A stretch of DNA of 64,000 bases from a virus. How positions within the stretch are numbered: the first letter of the stretch is position 1; each line of letters opens with the position of its first letter. The position numbers were made by a program, and so were the translations under genes. The stretch lies in the IMG/VR virus record IMGVR_UViG_3300032093_000089, positions 6,297-70,296 of that record; one strand, 5' to 3'. The notes under the pieces are model-generated. The model was given only the letters and a program-made list of their open reading frames with translations. It made no database searches and had not been told where the DNA came from. Shown piece after piece: positions 25,603 to 34,741 of the stretch.

Positions 25603-25914
25603 TCAGCTCAGAGAGGTAATGTCAAAATCGTTAATTTTTTCTTCCGTAGGGGTTCCGGTCATGCTGCCGTAGAAGCTATCAAAAACCATGTCCAGATGCA
25701 CGGTATTGCAAAAATCCAACAGCTCAGCTTTAGTGAAATCAGCGGGCTCTTTATCTAAATACTCAACATCTGCTCCACGATCAAAATTTTTGATCAAACC
25801 ATTGCAGCTGTATACAACGGTAAGATCCCAACTTTTTACTTTACCGTTAGTTTTAACAGTGGGGATAGCCCTGGAAAGTGCCTTGGTAGCACCGATAGCG
25901 TTAATAAAAGCCAT
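25603..25914 (-). CDS. hypothetical protein, possible tail-fibre assembly
   Basis: Directly downstream of tail fibre. Confidence 0.5.
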   Translation of the reverse strand: MAFINAIGATKALSRAIPTVKTNGKVKSWDLTVVYSCNGLIKNFDRGADVEYLDKEPADFTKAELLDFCNTVHLDMVFDSFYGSMTGTPTEEKINDFDITSLS

Positions 25915-25956
25915 TGTAAAAAACCTTACTCAATTAATTTTAACAGTTTTTTTGTA

Positions 25957-28900
25957 TTAATTTACTTTGTCCTCTAATAAAGCAAGTCGTTCAGAAAGTT
26001 CTTGCACGGCTTTAACCAAAATTGGATATGTCTTCATGGGATCAGCTTCCCACATGTTTGGGTTGTCCTTATGAACAAGGCGTGTGTACTCACTACAGTT
26101 AAACGTTTGTTCAACTTGGTCCAGCTCTTGGGCGATAAAACCAAAATCTTTTCTACCTTTTTTGGAGCCGTCTCTGGTCGCCCAATCAAACTGAACAGGG
26201 CGCAGAGCCTGAATAAAAGTGACGCCAAAAGGTAAATTTTGAATATTTGTTTTATCTCGAACGTCTGAAAGCGTAGAAATTGTAGTATCAGCACAGCGAA
26301 GGTTTACAACATCCGCATTTCCAAGGGTGAATTCACCGGTTACAGTTGCTGCGCTTGCTTGAGCATTATTACCAATACAGGTATTGTTAACCCCAGTTGT
26401 TAAAGTGTTTCCTGCATTGTTACCAACTGCAGTGTTACCAGTGGCTATTGTATTGGCAATTAAAGTACCAAAACCAACTGCAACGTTACTACTGCCTGTT
26501 GTATTAGCACCTAAACCGCTAACACCAACTGCAACGTTGGCAGCGCCTGTTGTATTACCAATTAAAGCACGGTAACCAATTGCAGTGTTGTTATTGGCTA
26601 TTGTATTAGCAAGTAAAGCAAAACTACCAACTGCAACGTTTTGAGTGCCTGTTGTATTAGCACCTAAAGCACCATAACCAACTGCAGTGTTGTTACTGGC
26701 TGTTGTATTAACATCTAAAGCACTGTCACCAACTGCAGTGTTTTGAGAGCCTGTTGTATTAGCATTTAAAGCAAGGTAACCAAATGCCGTGTTGAAACTG
26801 GCTGTTGTATTAGAACCTAAAGCACTATAACCAACTGCTGTGTTGTTATCGCCTGTTGTATTAGCATCTAAAGCAATATCACCAACTGCGGTATTACCAG
26901 CGCCTATTGTATTACTGTCTAAACATTGAAAACCAACTGCAGTATTATCAGCGCCTGTTGTATTAGCAGTTAAAGCATCGTCACCAATTGCAGTGTTACC
27001 AGTGGCTGTTGTATTAGAACCTAAAGCACTGATACCAACTGCAGTGTTACTAGAGCCTACTGTATTGGCATCTAAAGCATTGTCACCAACCGCAACGTTA
27101 TCAATGCCTGTTGTATTAAGAAGTAAGGCATTTTCACCAATTGCAACGTTATTAGCGCCTGTTGTATTGGCATCTAAAGCGTTATGACCAACTGCAGTGT
27201 TACCAGCGCCTGTTGTATTGGTAGCTAAAGCATTGACACCAACTGCAGTGTTACGGGAGCCTACTGTATTAGCAACTAAACCACTAACACCAACTGCAGT
27301 GTTACCAGCGCCTGTTGTATTGGCAGCTAAAGCAGCACGACCAACTGCAGTGTTACCAGAGGCTGTTGTATTAGAAGTTAAAGCACTGGAACCAATTGCG
27401 GTGTTACTAACACCTGTTGTATTGACATCTAAAGCATTGTAACCAACAGCAGTGTTATTGTTGCCTGTTGTATTAGCTTTACCTACTTGATAGCCAATAA
27501 ACGTATTGTTAATTCCTGTATTAACTAAACCAGCTTCAAAACCAAGACTGGTTTCAAATGGTGTAACGCTATCCGTCTGGCCGGATAAATTAGCTGAAGC
27601 CGAAACAGAGGCCCAGGTTGTAGTGCCATCTGAGTTTGTCTGTAAATATGTACCAGAAATTCCCGTTGTTGCTGGAAAGCTGAACAGACCATATGGACGA
27701 ATATCACCGGAGCCACTGACAATTAAAACACCACCACTGGCGTAATAGGCACTACCAGAGATAACACCGCTTGTAAATACACCGCTACCAAAATATCCAC
27801 TGCCGCTAACACTGATGCTACCTGTTGTAGTTTGTGTAAAGTTAGCAACTGTAAAGTTACCGGTTACTGCATTAACGGTTACAGCCTCAACTGTGGCGCC
27901 AGTAATGTACGTACCAGAAATACGAGTAAAGTTACCAGTTGCGACTGTTAGGTTACCAAATAAACCTGTATTACCAGTTACTGTGCCACCAGAAATGGTC
28001 ACACTTTCTACCCTGGTAGTGCCGGTAATAAAACCAAATGTTGCGTTATCACCAACAACACTTTGCCCAGAAAGTTGCGTTGTAAATACACCACTTACAC
28101 CACTGATTAATGTGCCGTTAAGTCTTGTAAAGTTACCAGTTGCGCCCGTTAGATTGTCAAATAAACCAGTATTACCCGTTACTGTGTTACCGGAAACAGT
28201 TCCGCCTTCTACTCGGGTAATACCTGTGACGTAGTTAAAAACCGCGTTCTCACCAACAAAATTTTCTCCAGAAACCTCTGTTGTAAATACGCCGCTTACG
28301 CCTGTAATGTTCGTAAAGTTGCCTGCGGTTCCTGTAATGGTTGCGCCAGAAATCTGAGATGTAAATACCCCACTAATTCCTGTAACTGTACCAAAATTAC
28401 CAACAGCGCCCGTGACAATTGCACCAGAAATACTGGTGGTAAAAACACCAGAAACACCAGTGATATTGCTGAAACGGCCCGCATCTCCTGTAATGATTGC
28501 ACCAGAGATTCGATCTGTGAATGCCCCGCTTACTGCATTGACGTTTGCAAAGGAACCTGTAATGCCTGTTATAACAGCGCCTGAAAGTTGAGAAGTAAAG
28601 ACACCAGAGATACCCGTAATGAGAGTAAAACGCCCTGCATTGCCTGTAATAACAGAACCAGAAACTGAATTAAAAATGCCAGTGACAAAATTACCAGTTG
28701 TTGCGTTGATGGTATTACCAGTGACAGTTGCACCACTCAGGGTAGTGGTAAAGACTCCACTAACAGCTGTAACCCTGGTAAAGGAGCCAGATACACCTGT
28801 AATTGTGGCGCCAGAAATACTGGTCAGCCCGTAAATTTCGTTACCAGTCAAGATAGCAAAACCACCAGTTGCACCTGTAACTGTGGTGCCAGACAGTGTT

Positions 28901-30123
28901 CCGCTGACCGTAAGGCCAGATGAAATGGTTCCGTTACCGCTGATAATCAGGTTTCCGCCAGCAATAATGTTGCCTGTCGTGGTGATTGTTGGAATAGAAA
29001 GAGTTTCAACAAAAACGCCAGTCAGAGCTTCGATTCGTTGGAATAACCCACTTACTCCAGTAATTGTTAAACCAGAAACACGAGAAGTAAAGACGCCCGT
29101 TGTACCGGTAATTGAAGTAAACCTTCCAACATTACCCGTGATAATGGCGCCGGATACGTCACTAGTGAATACACCTGATACGCCAGTAACAACCGTTGCG
29201 TTAACAGATGTACCAGTAATTGCAGCGCCCGATAATTGAGTAGTGAAAGCTCCGAAAGATCCGGTAAAGTTCGTAAAGGCACCCGTTGCGCCAGTAATGG
29301 TTGTTCCTGAAAGTTGGGATGTAAAAGCACCCGAAACTCCAGTTAATGTTGCAAATAAACCAGTAGCTCCGGTGATAGTTAAACCAGAGAGCCGTGTAGT
29401 GAATGTGCCACTAACACCTGTGGTGTTTGTACTAAGAATCGCGTCACCAGTAATGATCGCGCCAGATAAACGGGTTGTGAAGACACCGCTAACCCCCGTA
29501 ATATTGCTAAAGCGTCCTGCGTCACCGGTAACAACGGCACCTGAAATTTGAGTCGTAAAGACCCCATTTACACCCGTAACGTTTGTACCACTGATATTTG
29601 AAAAAATACCGGTTGCACTGTTAACGGTTTGTCCGGATATGTTGTTAAATAAACCTGTTGTACCAGTAATTGTTACCGCATTGACACGGGTAAAATTACC
29701 AGTACCAACTGTTTCCGTACCGACCGTTAATGTTGTGATATTTCCGGTTGTGGCATTAACGTTTAAACCGTTAATTTGAATACCAGTTATCGTCGCACCA
29801 CTTAAAACATTTTGTACCTGTGCGTTACCAGTAACAACTAGGTGAGCAAAAGTACCAGTGCCACTAACGTTGAGTACGTTGGGGTTAAAAATTCCGCTAA
29901 CTGTTAAATTGTTGGCAACAACCAGGGAGCCGCCAATTGTGATATCTCCGGTTGTGGAGTTAAGGTAGTAATTGTTTAAATATTGCTTTATATTGGCAAA
30001 ATTTAATTTTTTATTCTTTAAACCGGGGTCTATTTCTGCAACGTCAACGACCATCAGCAAGTCGTCATCATTGATTGATGACGACAAAATTGCTGGCAGC
30101 TCTGTTATACGCCTATTAGCCAC
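25957..30123 (-). CDS. long tail fibre with beta-roll repeats and C-terminal S74 chaperone
   Basis: N-term RRITELP..DLLMVVD; ~22-aa G/T repeats; 14-aa NTAVGxxALxxNTT repeats; SDVRDKTNI..GFIAQEL. Confidence 0.9.
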   Translation of the reverse strand: MANRRITELPAILSSSINDDDLLMVVDVAEIDPGLKNKKLNFANIKQYLNNYYLNSTTGDITIGGSLVVANNLTVSGIFNPNVLNVSGTGTFAHLVVTGNAQVQNVLSGATITGIQINGLNVNATTGNITTLTVGTETVGTGNFTRVNAVTITGTTGLFNNISGQTVNSATGIFSNISGTNVTGVNGVFTTQISGAVVTGDAGRFSNITGVSGVFTTRLSGAIITGDAILSTNTTGVSGTFTTRLSGLTITGATGLFATLTGVSGAFTSQLSGTTITGATGAFTNFTGSFGAFTTQLSGAAITGTSVNATVVTGVSGVFTSDVSGAIITGNVGRFTSITGTTGVFTSRVSGLTITGVSGLFQRIEALTGVFVETLSIPTITTTGNIIAGGNLIISGNGTISSGLTVSGTLSGTTVTGATGGFAILTGNEIYGLTSISGATITGVSGSFTRVTAVSGVFTTTLSGATVTGNTINATTGNFVTGIFNSVSGSVITGNAGRFTLITGISGVFTSQLSGAVITGITGSFANVNAVSGAFTDRISGAIITGDAGRFSNITGVSGVFTTSISGAIVTGAVGNFGTVTGISGVFTSQISGATITGTAGNFTNITGVSGVFTTEVSGENFVGENAVFNYVTGITRVEGGTVSGNTVTGNTGLFDNLTGATGNFTRLNGTLISGVSGVFTTQLSGQSVVGDNATFGFITGTTRVESVTISGGTVTGNTGLFGNLTVATGNFTRISGTYITGATVEAVTVNAVTGNFTVANFTQTTTGSISVSGSGYFGSGVFTSGVISGSAYYASGGVLIVSGSGDIRPYGLFSFPATTGISGTYLQTNSDGTTTWASVSASANLSGQTDSVTPFETSLGFEAGLVNTGINNTFIGYQVGKANTTGNNNTAVGYNALDVNTTGVSNTAIGSSALTSNTTASGNTAVGRAALAANTTGAGNTAVGVSGLVANTVGSRNTAVGVNALATNTTGAGNTAVGHNALDANTTGANNVAIGENALLLNTTGIDNVAVGDNALDANTVGSSNTAVGISALGSNTTATGNTAIGDDALTANTTGADNTAVGFQCLDSNTIGAGNTAVGDIALDANTTGDNNTAVGYSALGSNTTASFNTAFGYLALNANTTGSQNTAVGDSALDVNTTASNNTAVGYGALGANTTGTQNVAVGSFALLANTIANNNTAIGYRALIGNTTGAANVAVGVSGLGANTTGSSNVAVGFGTLIANTIATGNTAVGNNAGNTLTTGVNNTCIGNNAQASAATVTGEFTLGNADVVNLRCADTTISTLSDVRDKTNIQNLPFGVTFIQALRPVQFDWATRDGSKKGRKDFGFIAQELDQVEQTFNCSEYTRLVHKDNPNMWEADPMKTYPILVKAVQELSERLALLEDKVN

Positions 30124-30174
30124 TACACAAACACGAGCTTTATAAAGTAAATTATAAAAGACCTGTGTTTAGCT

Positions 30175-30567
30175 TTATTTCATTCTAATTTCAACCCTGG
30201 GCAAAATATTGGTTGCAAAATACCAGGTACCTTGGGCGCCCAAAACCAAGCCACAGGCCATTGCAAAAACTAAAATTAATTCTGCAATGGTTAAATTGCG
30301 TCGCACATAAACAACTTGAGGGTTTTGTTGAATTGGAACTTGAAAACTGGTTTGTGCCTTTTGTGGAGGAGTGGAATATTCCTCTTGTGCAGGACGAAAT
30401 TCTTGAGCCTGATCCTGACGTTGAAGCATGGTTATCCGGATCGCTTCTTGACGCGCCCGCTCTTTCAGGGACTCAAGCATTGCCGGATCAAGCGTCCCAG
30501 GAAGAGGGTTTTGAGGCGGAGTGGTGATTTGAGGTGGGGTGCTGTAAGGAACCTGGTCTTCCATAAT
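30175..30567 (-). CDS. hypothetical membrane-anchored protein
   Basis: P/Q-rich N-terminus, C-terminal TM helix; start uncertain. Confidence 0.6.
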   Translation of the reverse strand: MMEDQVPYSTPPQITTPPQNPLPGTLDPAMLESLKERARQEAIRITMLQRQDQAQEFRPAQEEYSTPPQKAQTSFQVPIQQNPQVVYVRRNLTIAELILVFAMACGLVLGAQGTWYFATNILPRVEIRMK

Positions 30568-30618
30568 CATGCAGAAAACTAATTTACACCCTAACATCTA
30601 AAGAGATCGTTTGAAGCA

Positions 30619-31026
30619 ATGTCATCAATTGGTATCAGAAAAGGATTAGAAGACATTGCCCATGAGCTGAAGGGTGTGCGAAACATCCTGGCATCCATGT
30701 GGCATAGCCGGTATCAAACCGAAGAAACAGACAGGTTAAATCCACAGGCTTTTACTGATGAGTACATATCCACTGAAGAATGCTCTCGTCGCCTGGCAGT
30801 TTCTGATCAAACCATTCGAAACTGGATTGCAGTCGGAAAAAAACAACCAGAAAAAGGTTGGACTGAAGGATTGCATTACGTCAACATTGCTCCGGATCCA
30901 GGTAAAAAAGCGGTTATCCGTATTCCTTGGAACTATTTGGTAATGTCCTTTTCCAAGAATAAGGAAATTAGCTTGTCCGATTTCTATGGAAACAAATATA
31001 AAAGTACTCAGGAAAAACTTGAATAA
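30619..31026 (+). CDS. MerR/Xis-like HTH DNA-binding protein
   Basis: YISTEECSRRLAVSDQTIRNWI..WTEGLHY. Confidence 0.7.
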   Translation: MSSIGIRKGLEDIAHELKGVRNILASMWHSRYQTEETDRLNPQAFTDEYISTEECSRRLAVSDQTIRNWIAVGKKQPEKGWTEGLHYVNIAPDPGKKAVIRIPWNYLVMSFSKNKEISLSDFYGNKYKSTQEKLE

Positions 31027-31523
31027 TGACTAACCGATTCCAAGATATTGATTTATTTAATCTCACAGTTAAGAACTGTTTTGAATATTTACCTGAATCC
31101 TTGTTTAATCAGGTTCAGGAATTTTTGCCGCCTTCTGGTTCTTTTGATGATGGGTGCTTAAGACGTTATTTAGAAAACATTAAAAATTATGAAGAAGAAG
31201 ATGTCAACTCTGGAATGACATTGGCGAACAGGTTGCGAATTGCTTTTGTTGATATGAATCCAGATACTATTTGTGGTAAATTTCCACAGGCGGAACTTCC
31301 TCTGAAGCGCCGATTAAGATGCGTTGCAGAATACTTAATTCGTTCCGGGGAATTCGATAAACTCCGTGATGAAAATAACAAGCTTATTAAAAAACGAGGC
31401 AACCTAGGCAAGCTAGTGGTCATTTACAAACCATTACCAAAACTTCTAGAATCTCTTACAAAGCAGGGATTGATTCCAAATGAACCGTCGAGAAAAGTTG
31501 ATTCACTCTGCGTTGCAGGGTGA
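31026..31523 (+). CDS. hypothetical protein (possible winged helix)
   Basis: TAATG-coupled ORF. Confidence 0.65.
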   Translation: MTNRFQDIDLFNLTVKNCFEYLPESLFNQVQEFLPPSGSFDDGCLRRYLENIKNYEEEDVNSGMTLANRLRIAFVDMNPDTICGKFPQAELPLKRRLRCVAEYLIRSGEFDKLRDENNKLIKKRGNLGKLVVIYKPLPKLLESLTKQGLIPNEPSRKVDSLCVAG

Positions 31524-31863
31524 TGTAGATGAAACTAAAGCCAAGATGCTTGGCCAGACGGTTGATTTTATTTTGGGTGACATGGGTGAAATGTACTACC
31601 GTTTCTGGCAGGCCGCTGGTCCTGGTGTGATTTGTTTTCAACCAAAACAGGAACGCGGGGTGTTTTATATGTCGTTAGAGGAAATAAACAGTGCAAAAGA
31701 AGCGTTTGAGCGGGATAACAACCACGATCTGGTAGAAACGTTCCGTCGAATTCTGGAGGCCGCCCAAAAAATTGATCCCGAAGAAAAGGCAGGTTACATC
31801 ATTAATGATGATGAAGGGATTCGTTATTTGGAAATCGATTACAACAAGGTAGTGGACGTATGA
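31480..31863 (+). CDS. hypothetical protein
   Basis: Coupled ORF. Confidence 0.65.
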   Translation: MNRREKLIHSALQGDVDETKAKMLGQTVDFILGDMGEMYYRFWQAAGPGVICFQPKQERGVFYMSLEEINSAKEAFERDNNHDLVETFRRILEAAQKIDPEEKAGYIINDDEGIRYLEIDYNKVVDV

Positions 31864-32447
31864 GCATTCGTCGCGTTACCGGCAGACGCGAAGATCTTGA
31901 ATTGATAACGCCCACGGAGTTGGTACAGGCTGCCAATATTGTCATGGGTAGCATCAATCTAGATCCCGCCAGCTCTAAAGTAGCTCAAAACTATGTGCAA
32001 GCTGATGAGTTTTTCAGCCCACAGCAAGATGGGCTTAACATGCAACAGTGGTTTGGAAAAGTGTATCTCTTTCCTCCCAGTGGTTGCTACTACTTTGATA
32101 AAAAGTTAGATAAATGGAAGATGACCAGGGCTTCATCTCCGACCCTGGTATCGTCTCACGCTGTGTGGTTTCGTCAACTGTACCGAAAGTGGTTAGCCGA
32201 CGAAGTGGAACAAGGTATATATTTCACCAACTGTCCTGACATGATTCGATACGAACAAAAAATCTTTGATTTTCCTATCTGTTTTCTGAAGACAGTACCA
32301 ACGTTAATCAAAAATACTAGCGAAGGAATCGGACAGCACAAGACCTGTAGCTCATTTGTGGTGTATCTACAACCAAAAAGTAATTCCGGCGCTGCAACTA
32401 TGAAATTTATTGAAACATACGAGCAATTTGGCCGCGTTATCTACTGA
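31860..32447 (+). CDS. phage N6-adenine methyltransferase-like protein with altered motif IV
   Basis: LDPASS..ADEFFS..DGL..QWFGKVYLFPPSG (NPPY replaced by FPPS). Confidence 0.65.
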   Translation: MSIRRVTGRREDLELITPTELVQAANIVMGSINLDPASSKVAQNYVQADEFFSPQQDGLNMQQWFGKVYLFPPSGCYYFDKKLDKWKMTRASSPTLVSSHAVWFRQLYRKWLADEVEQGIYFTNCPDMIRYEQKIFDFPICFLKTVPTLIKNTSEGIGQHKTCSSFVVYLQPKSNSGAATMKFIETYEQFGRVIY

Positions 32448-32480
32448 GTTCTGTATAGTTAAAGACGATTGATGGAATCC

Positions 32481-33068
32481 ATGGGAATCCTTTGCGACAC
32501 TGAAATTAAAGCATTTGCCCTGAACCAGGGAATGATCAAGCCGTTTACTGATCGTTTGGTAAACGAAGAAAGTGGACGCCGTATTTTGAGCTATGGACTT
32601 AGCTCATATGGTTATGACATTCGTCTTTCACCTAAACAGTGTTTAATCTTTGGGCGCATCCAGGAAGGAGTGTCCGATCCAAAAGATTTCAATCCCAAAA
32701 TTCTTTCAGATTCTGAACTTTTAGAAGATGAGAAGGGGCAGTATTTTCTTCTGCCGCCTTATGGCTACTGTTTAGCGGTAGCAGAAGAACGTCTTCAGCT
32801 GCCTCAAGACGTGACTGTGATCGCCATGGGCAAGAGCAGCTATGCACGTTCTGGCATTATCGCTAACATTACTCCGGCAGAGGCTGGCTGGGAAGGTTAT
32901 CTAACCTTAGAAATCAGTAATGCTACGGGTCAATTCAATCGCATCTACGCCAACGAGGGCATCATTCAGCTGTTGTTCCTACGTGGCACCCCCTGTGAGG
33001 TCTCGTACCAAGACCGGAAGGGTAAGTACCAGAACCAGGCACAAGAAGTCGTTTACTCCAAGGCCTGA
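32481..33068 (+). CDS. dcd: dCTP deaminase
   Basis: SYGLSSYGYD, GKSSYARSG, PAEAGWEGYLTLEISN, YQDRKGKYQNQ. Confidence 0.92.
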   Translation: MGILCDTEIKAFALNQGMIKPFTDRLVNEESGRRILSYGLSSYGYDIRLSPKQCLIFGRIQEGVSDPKDFNPKILSDSELLEDEKGQYFLLPPYGYCLAVAEERLQLPQDVTVIAMGKSSYARSGIIANITPAEAGWEGYLTLEISNATGQFNRIYANEGIIQLLFLRGTPCEVSYQDRKGKYQNQAQEVVYSKA

Positions 33069-33070
33069 GC

Positions 33071-33277
33071 ATGAATCGCGATAACCTTGAGCAGAGGATG
33101 GATGTCCTTGAGATCTTGGAAAAACAAGTTGTGTTTCTTGAGAACCAAGAACTATCCTCTGCTCTGGCGCGGTTCCGACCAGAGAATACTCAGTGGGTTT
33201 TGAATATGCTTCAGGACTTACTCGGCCAGATGCAAGACGCCCTTGATTCTGAAGACTTTAGCCAAAATTGGAATTAA
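33071..33277 (+). CDS. hypothetical protein
   Basis: Follows dcd. Confidence 0.6.
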   Translation: MNRDNLEQRMDVLEILEKQVVFLENQELSSALARFRPENTQWVLNMLQDLLGQMQDALDSEDFSQNWN

Positions 33278-33654
33278 TTAAAACCGTAGAAAGCACCTGA
33301 TTGAGATCTTGGTTTTTTAGCGTATCCAACACTGCCTACAGTTCCGTATTCATCACCCATACTGGGAACTTCAACACCCCCAATCGTTGCTTCTGATCGT
33401 GGAGTTTCACCCCGTAACGTAGGTTCGTCAATAGATGCTTTCTGTCGAAATTTATTGGACGCCTTGGCGGCAGTAATGAAACGCCTAATGCGTGTTTGAT
33501 CGTCATTAATTTCTGCAACGCCAGGACGCTCTTCTTCCGAAATACGCCGTAAGTCCGTATCGTAATTACGTTCGGGGTTAAGATCGGTTACTTCCGAACC
33601 AGAACTTCCTGAGTCCTGTCTTGGGTCGTAAGTAGGGTCAAAGAATCTTGGCAT
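33274..33654 (-). CDS. hypothetical protein
   Basis: Start likely MPRFFDP to avoid overlap with divergent gene. Confidence 0.6.
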   Translation of the reverse strand: MPRFFDPTYDPRQDSGSSGSEVTDLNPERNYDTDLRRISEEERPGVAEINDDQTRIRRFITAAKASNKFRQKASIDEPTLRGETPRSEATIGGVEVPSMGDEYGTVGSVGYAKKPRSQSGAFYGFN

Positions 33655-33690
33655 AGTATTATTGTAAGAGGAGTAACTCAAGTACTGAAT

Positions 33691-34038
33691 ATGATGCATA
33701 ACGCAGCATCGTTCTTGGATGCGTTTGTACAAGATGAAGTAAAGTCACGTTGTCTTACGGAAGAAGACTTCGGTCAGCCTCTCGCAAATGAAGAAAATGA
33801 TGTACCCTTATATGACATGTACAACCGAGGATTAGCGGCATGTCAGGAAGGGAACGAGAGGCAAAATCTTTCACTAGCAGAGGGTCAACGTCCTGGTCTG
33901 ACAGGTTATATCCCCTCAGCGGAAGAGGGCTCAATGATGGGAGCCAGCCCGAAACCCAAAACTCTGGTGATGGAACTGGAAGCAGTACCGGAGGGGGAGA
34001 GGGACCTTTCCGCCAAACGTCGTGGTTTGCGCCGGTAG
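33691..34038 (+). CDS. hypothetical protein
   Basis: 115-aa ORF. Confidence 0.6.
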   Translation: MMHNAASFLDAFVQDEVKSRCLTEEDFGQPLANEENDVPLYDMYNRGLAACQEGNERQNLSLAEGQRPGLTGYIPSAEEGSMMGASPKPKTLVMELEAVPEGERDLSAKRRGLRR

Positions 34039-34415
34039 AAGACGATATCCCCTCCGACGTTGTTGGGCTTGATGAGTGTAAAGACGGTATTTGCCCTGTA
34101 CCCTGGGCAAAAGCTGTTGACCTGTTGGAGAATTCAGAATTCCCTAAAGGTTTTGGAGAAAGCACTATTGAGTCTACGCTTCAGGGGCCTCCCGTGATTC
34201 AGGAAGATCCTGTAAACCATCCCTCTCATTACACTGATGGGGGCATTGAATGCATCGAAGCCATTGAGGCGGCTTTAACCATCGAAGAATTTCGTGGTTA
34301 CTGCAAGGGAAATTGCATGAAGTATATTTGGCGTGAGCGCCATAAAGGCGGGACAGAATCACTGAAGAAGGCACAGTGGTATCTCAACCGGTTAATTGAA
34401 TTAGGTGACGCTTAA
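33840..34415 (+). CDS. DUF3310 (T7 gp1.7 nucleotide-kinase-like) protein
   Basis: DPVNHPSHYTDGGIECIEAI..GNCMKYIWR..KGGTESLKKAQWYLNRL. Confidence 0.85.
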   Translation: MSGREREAKSFTSRGSTSWSDRLYPLSGRGLNDGSQPETQNSGDGTGSSTGGGEGPFRQTSWFAPVEDDIPSDVVGLDECKDGICPVPWAKAVDLLENSEFPKGFGESTIESTLQGPPVIQEDPVNHPSHYTDGGIECIEAIEAALTIEEFRGYCKGNCMKYIWRERHKGGTESLKKAQWYLNRLIELGDA

Positions 34416-34717
34416 AAAGGTTGTAGCTCATCTTCATCATCGTCGCCGTCTTCGTAAAACGCGCAGGCGGCGGCAAGTTCTTCCAGTTCGAGGTCGGTGG
34501 GTACGTCAAAATCCAGTTGGATATTTTCGTCCGCCAGAATTTCTTTAACTGCTTGCCATTCCATTAAACGTTGATGATAAAGATTCAATAGGGCTGAGTA
34601 AAGTTCATCCCATGTCATCTCCATGGCAACGATCTCAGCCTTACGCATTGAAAATTGGAGTTCCAGGGGCAGCTCAAACTCCCGTGGCTCTACTGATTTC
34701 TCCATTGCGTTTTTCAT
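34412..34717 (-). CDS. nblA: NblA phycobilisome degradation protein
   Basis: LPLELQFSMR..MTWDELYSALLNLYHQRL..VKEIL matches NblA LSLEQQFxxR..MSxxQ...L..LY.Q. Confidence 0.65.
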   Translation of the reverse strand: MKNAMEKSVEPREFELPLELQFSMRKAEIVAMEMTWDELYSALLNLYHQRLMEWQAVKEILADENIQLDFDVPTDLELEELAAACAFYEDGDDDEDELQPF

Positions 34718-34741
34718 GGCTTTGATGAAACTATTTTAAGG

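Noticed and set aside
26380-27520. Regularly spaced ~42-nt repeats resembling a CRISPR array
   Set aside because: In-frame 14-aa repeats of the tail fibre; no unique spacers, no cas genes
26384-29551. Many + strand Val/Pro-rich ORFs
   Set aside because: Antisense shadows of the Thr/Gly tail-fibre repeats
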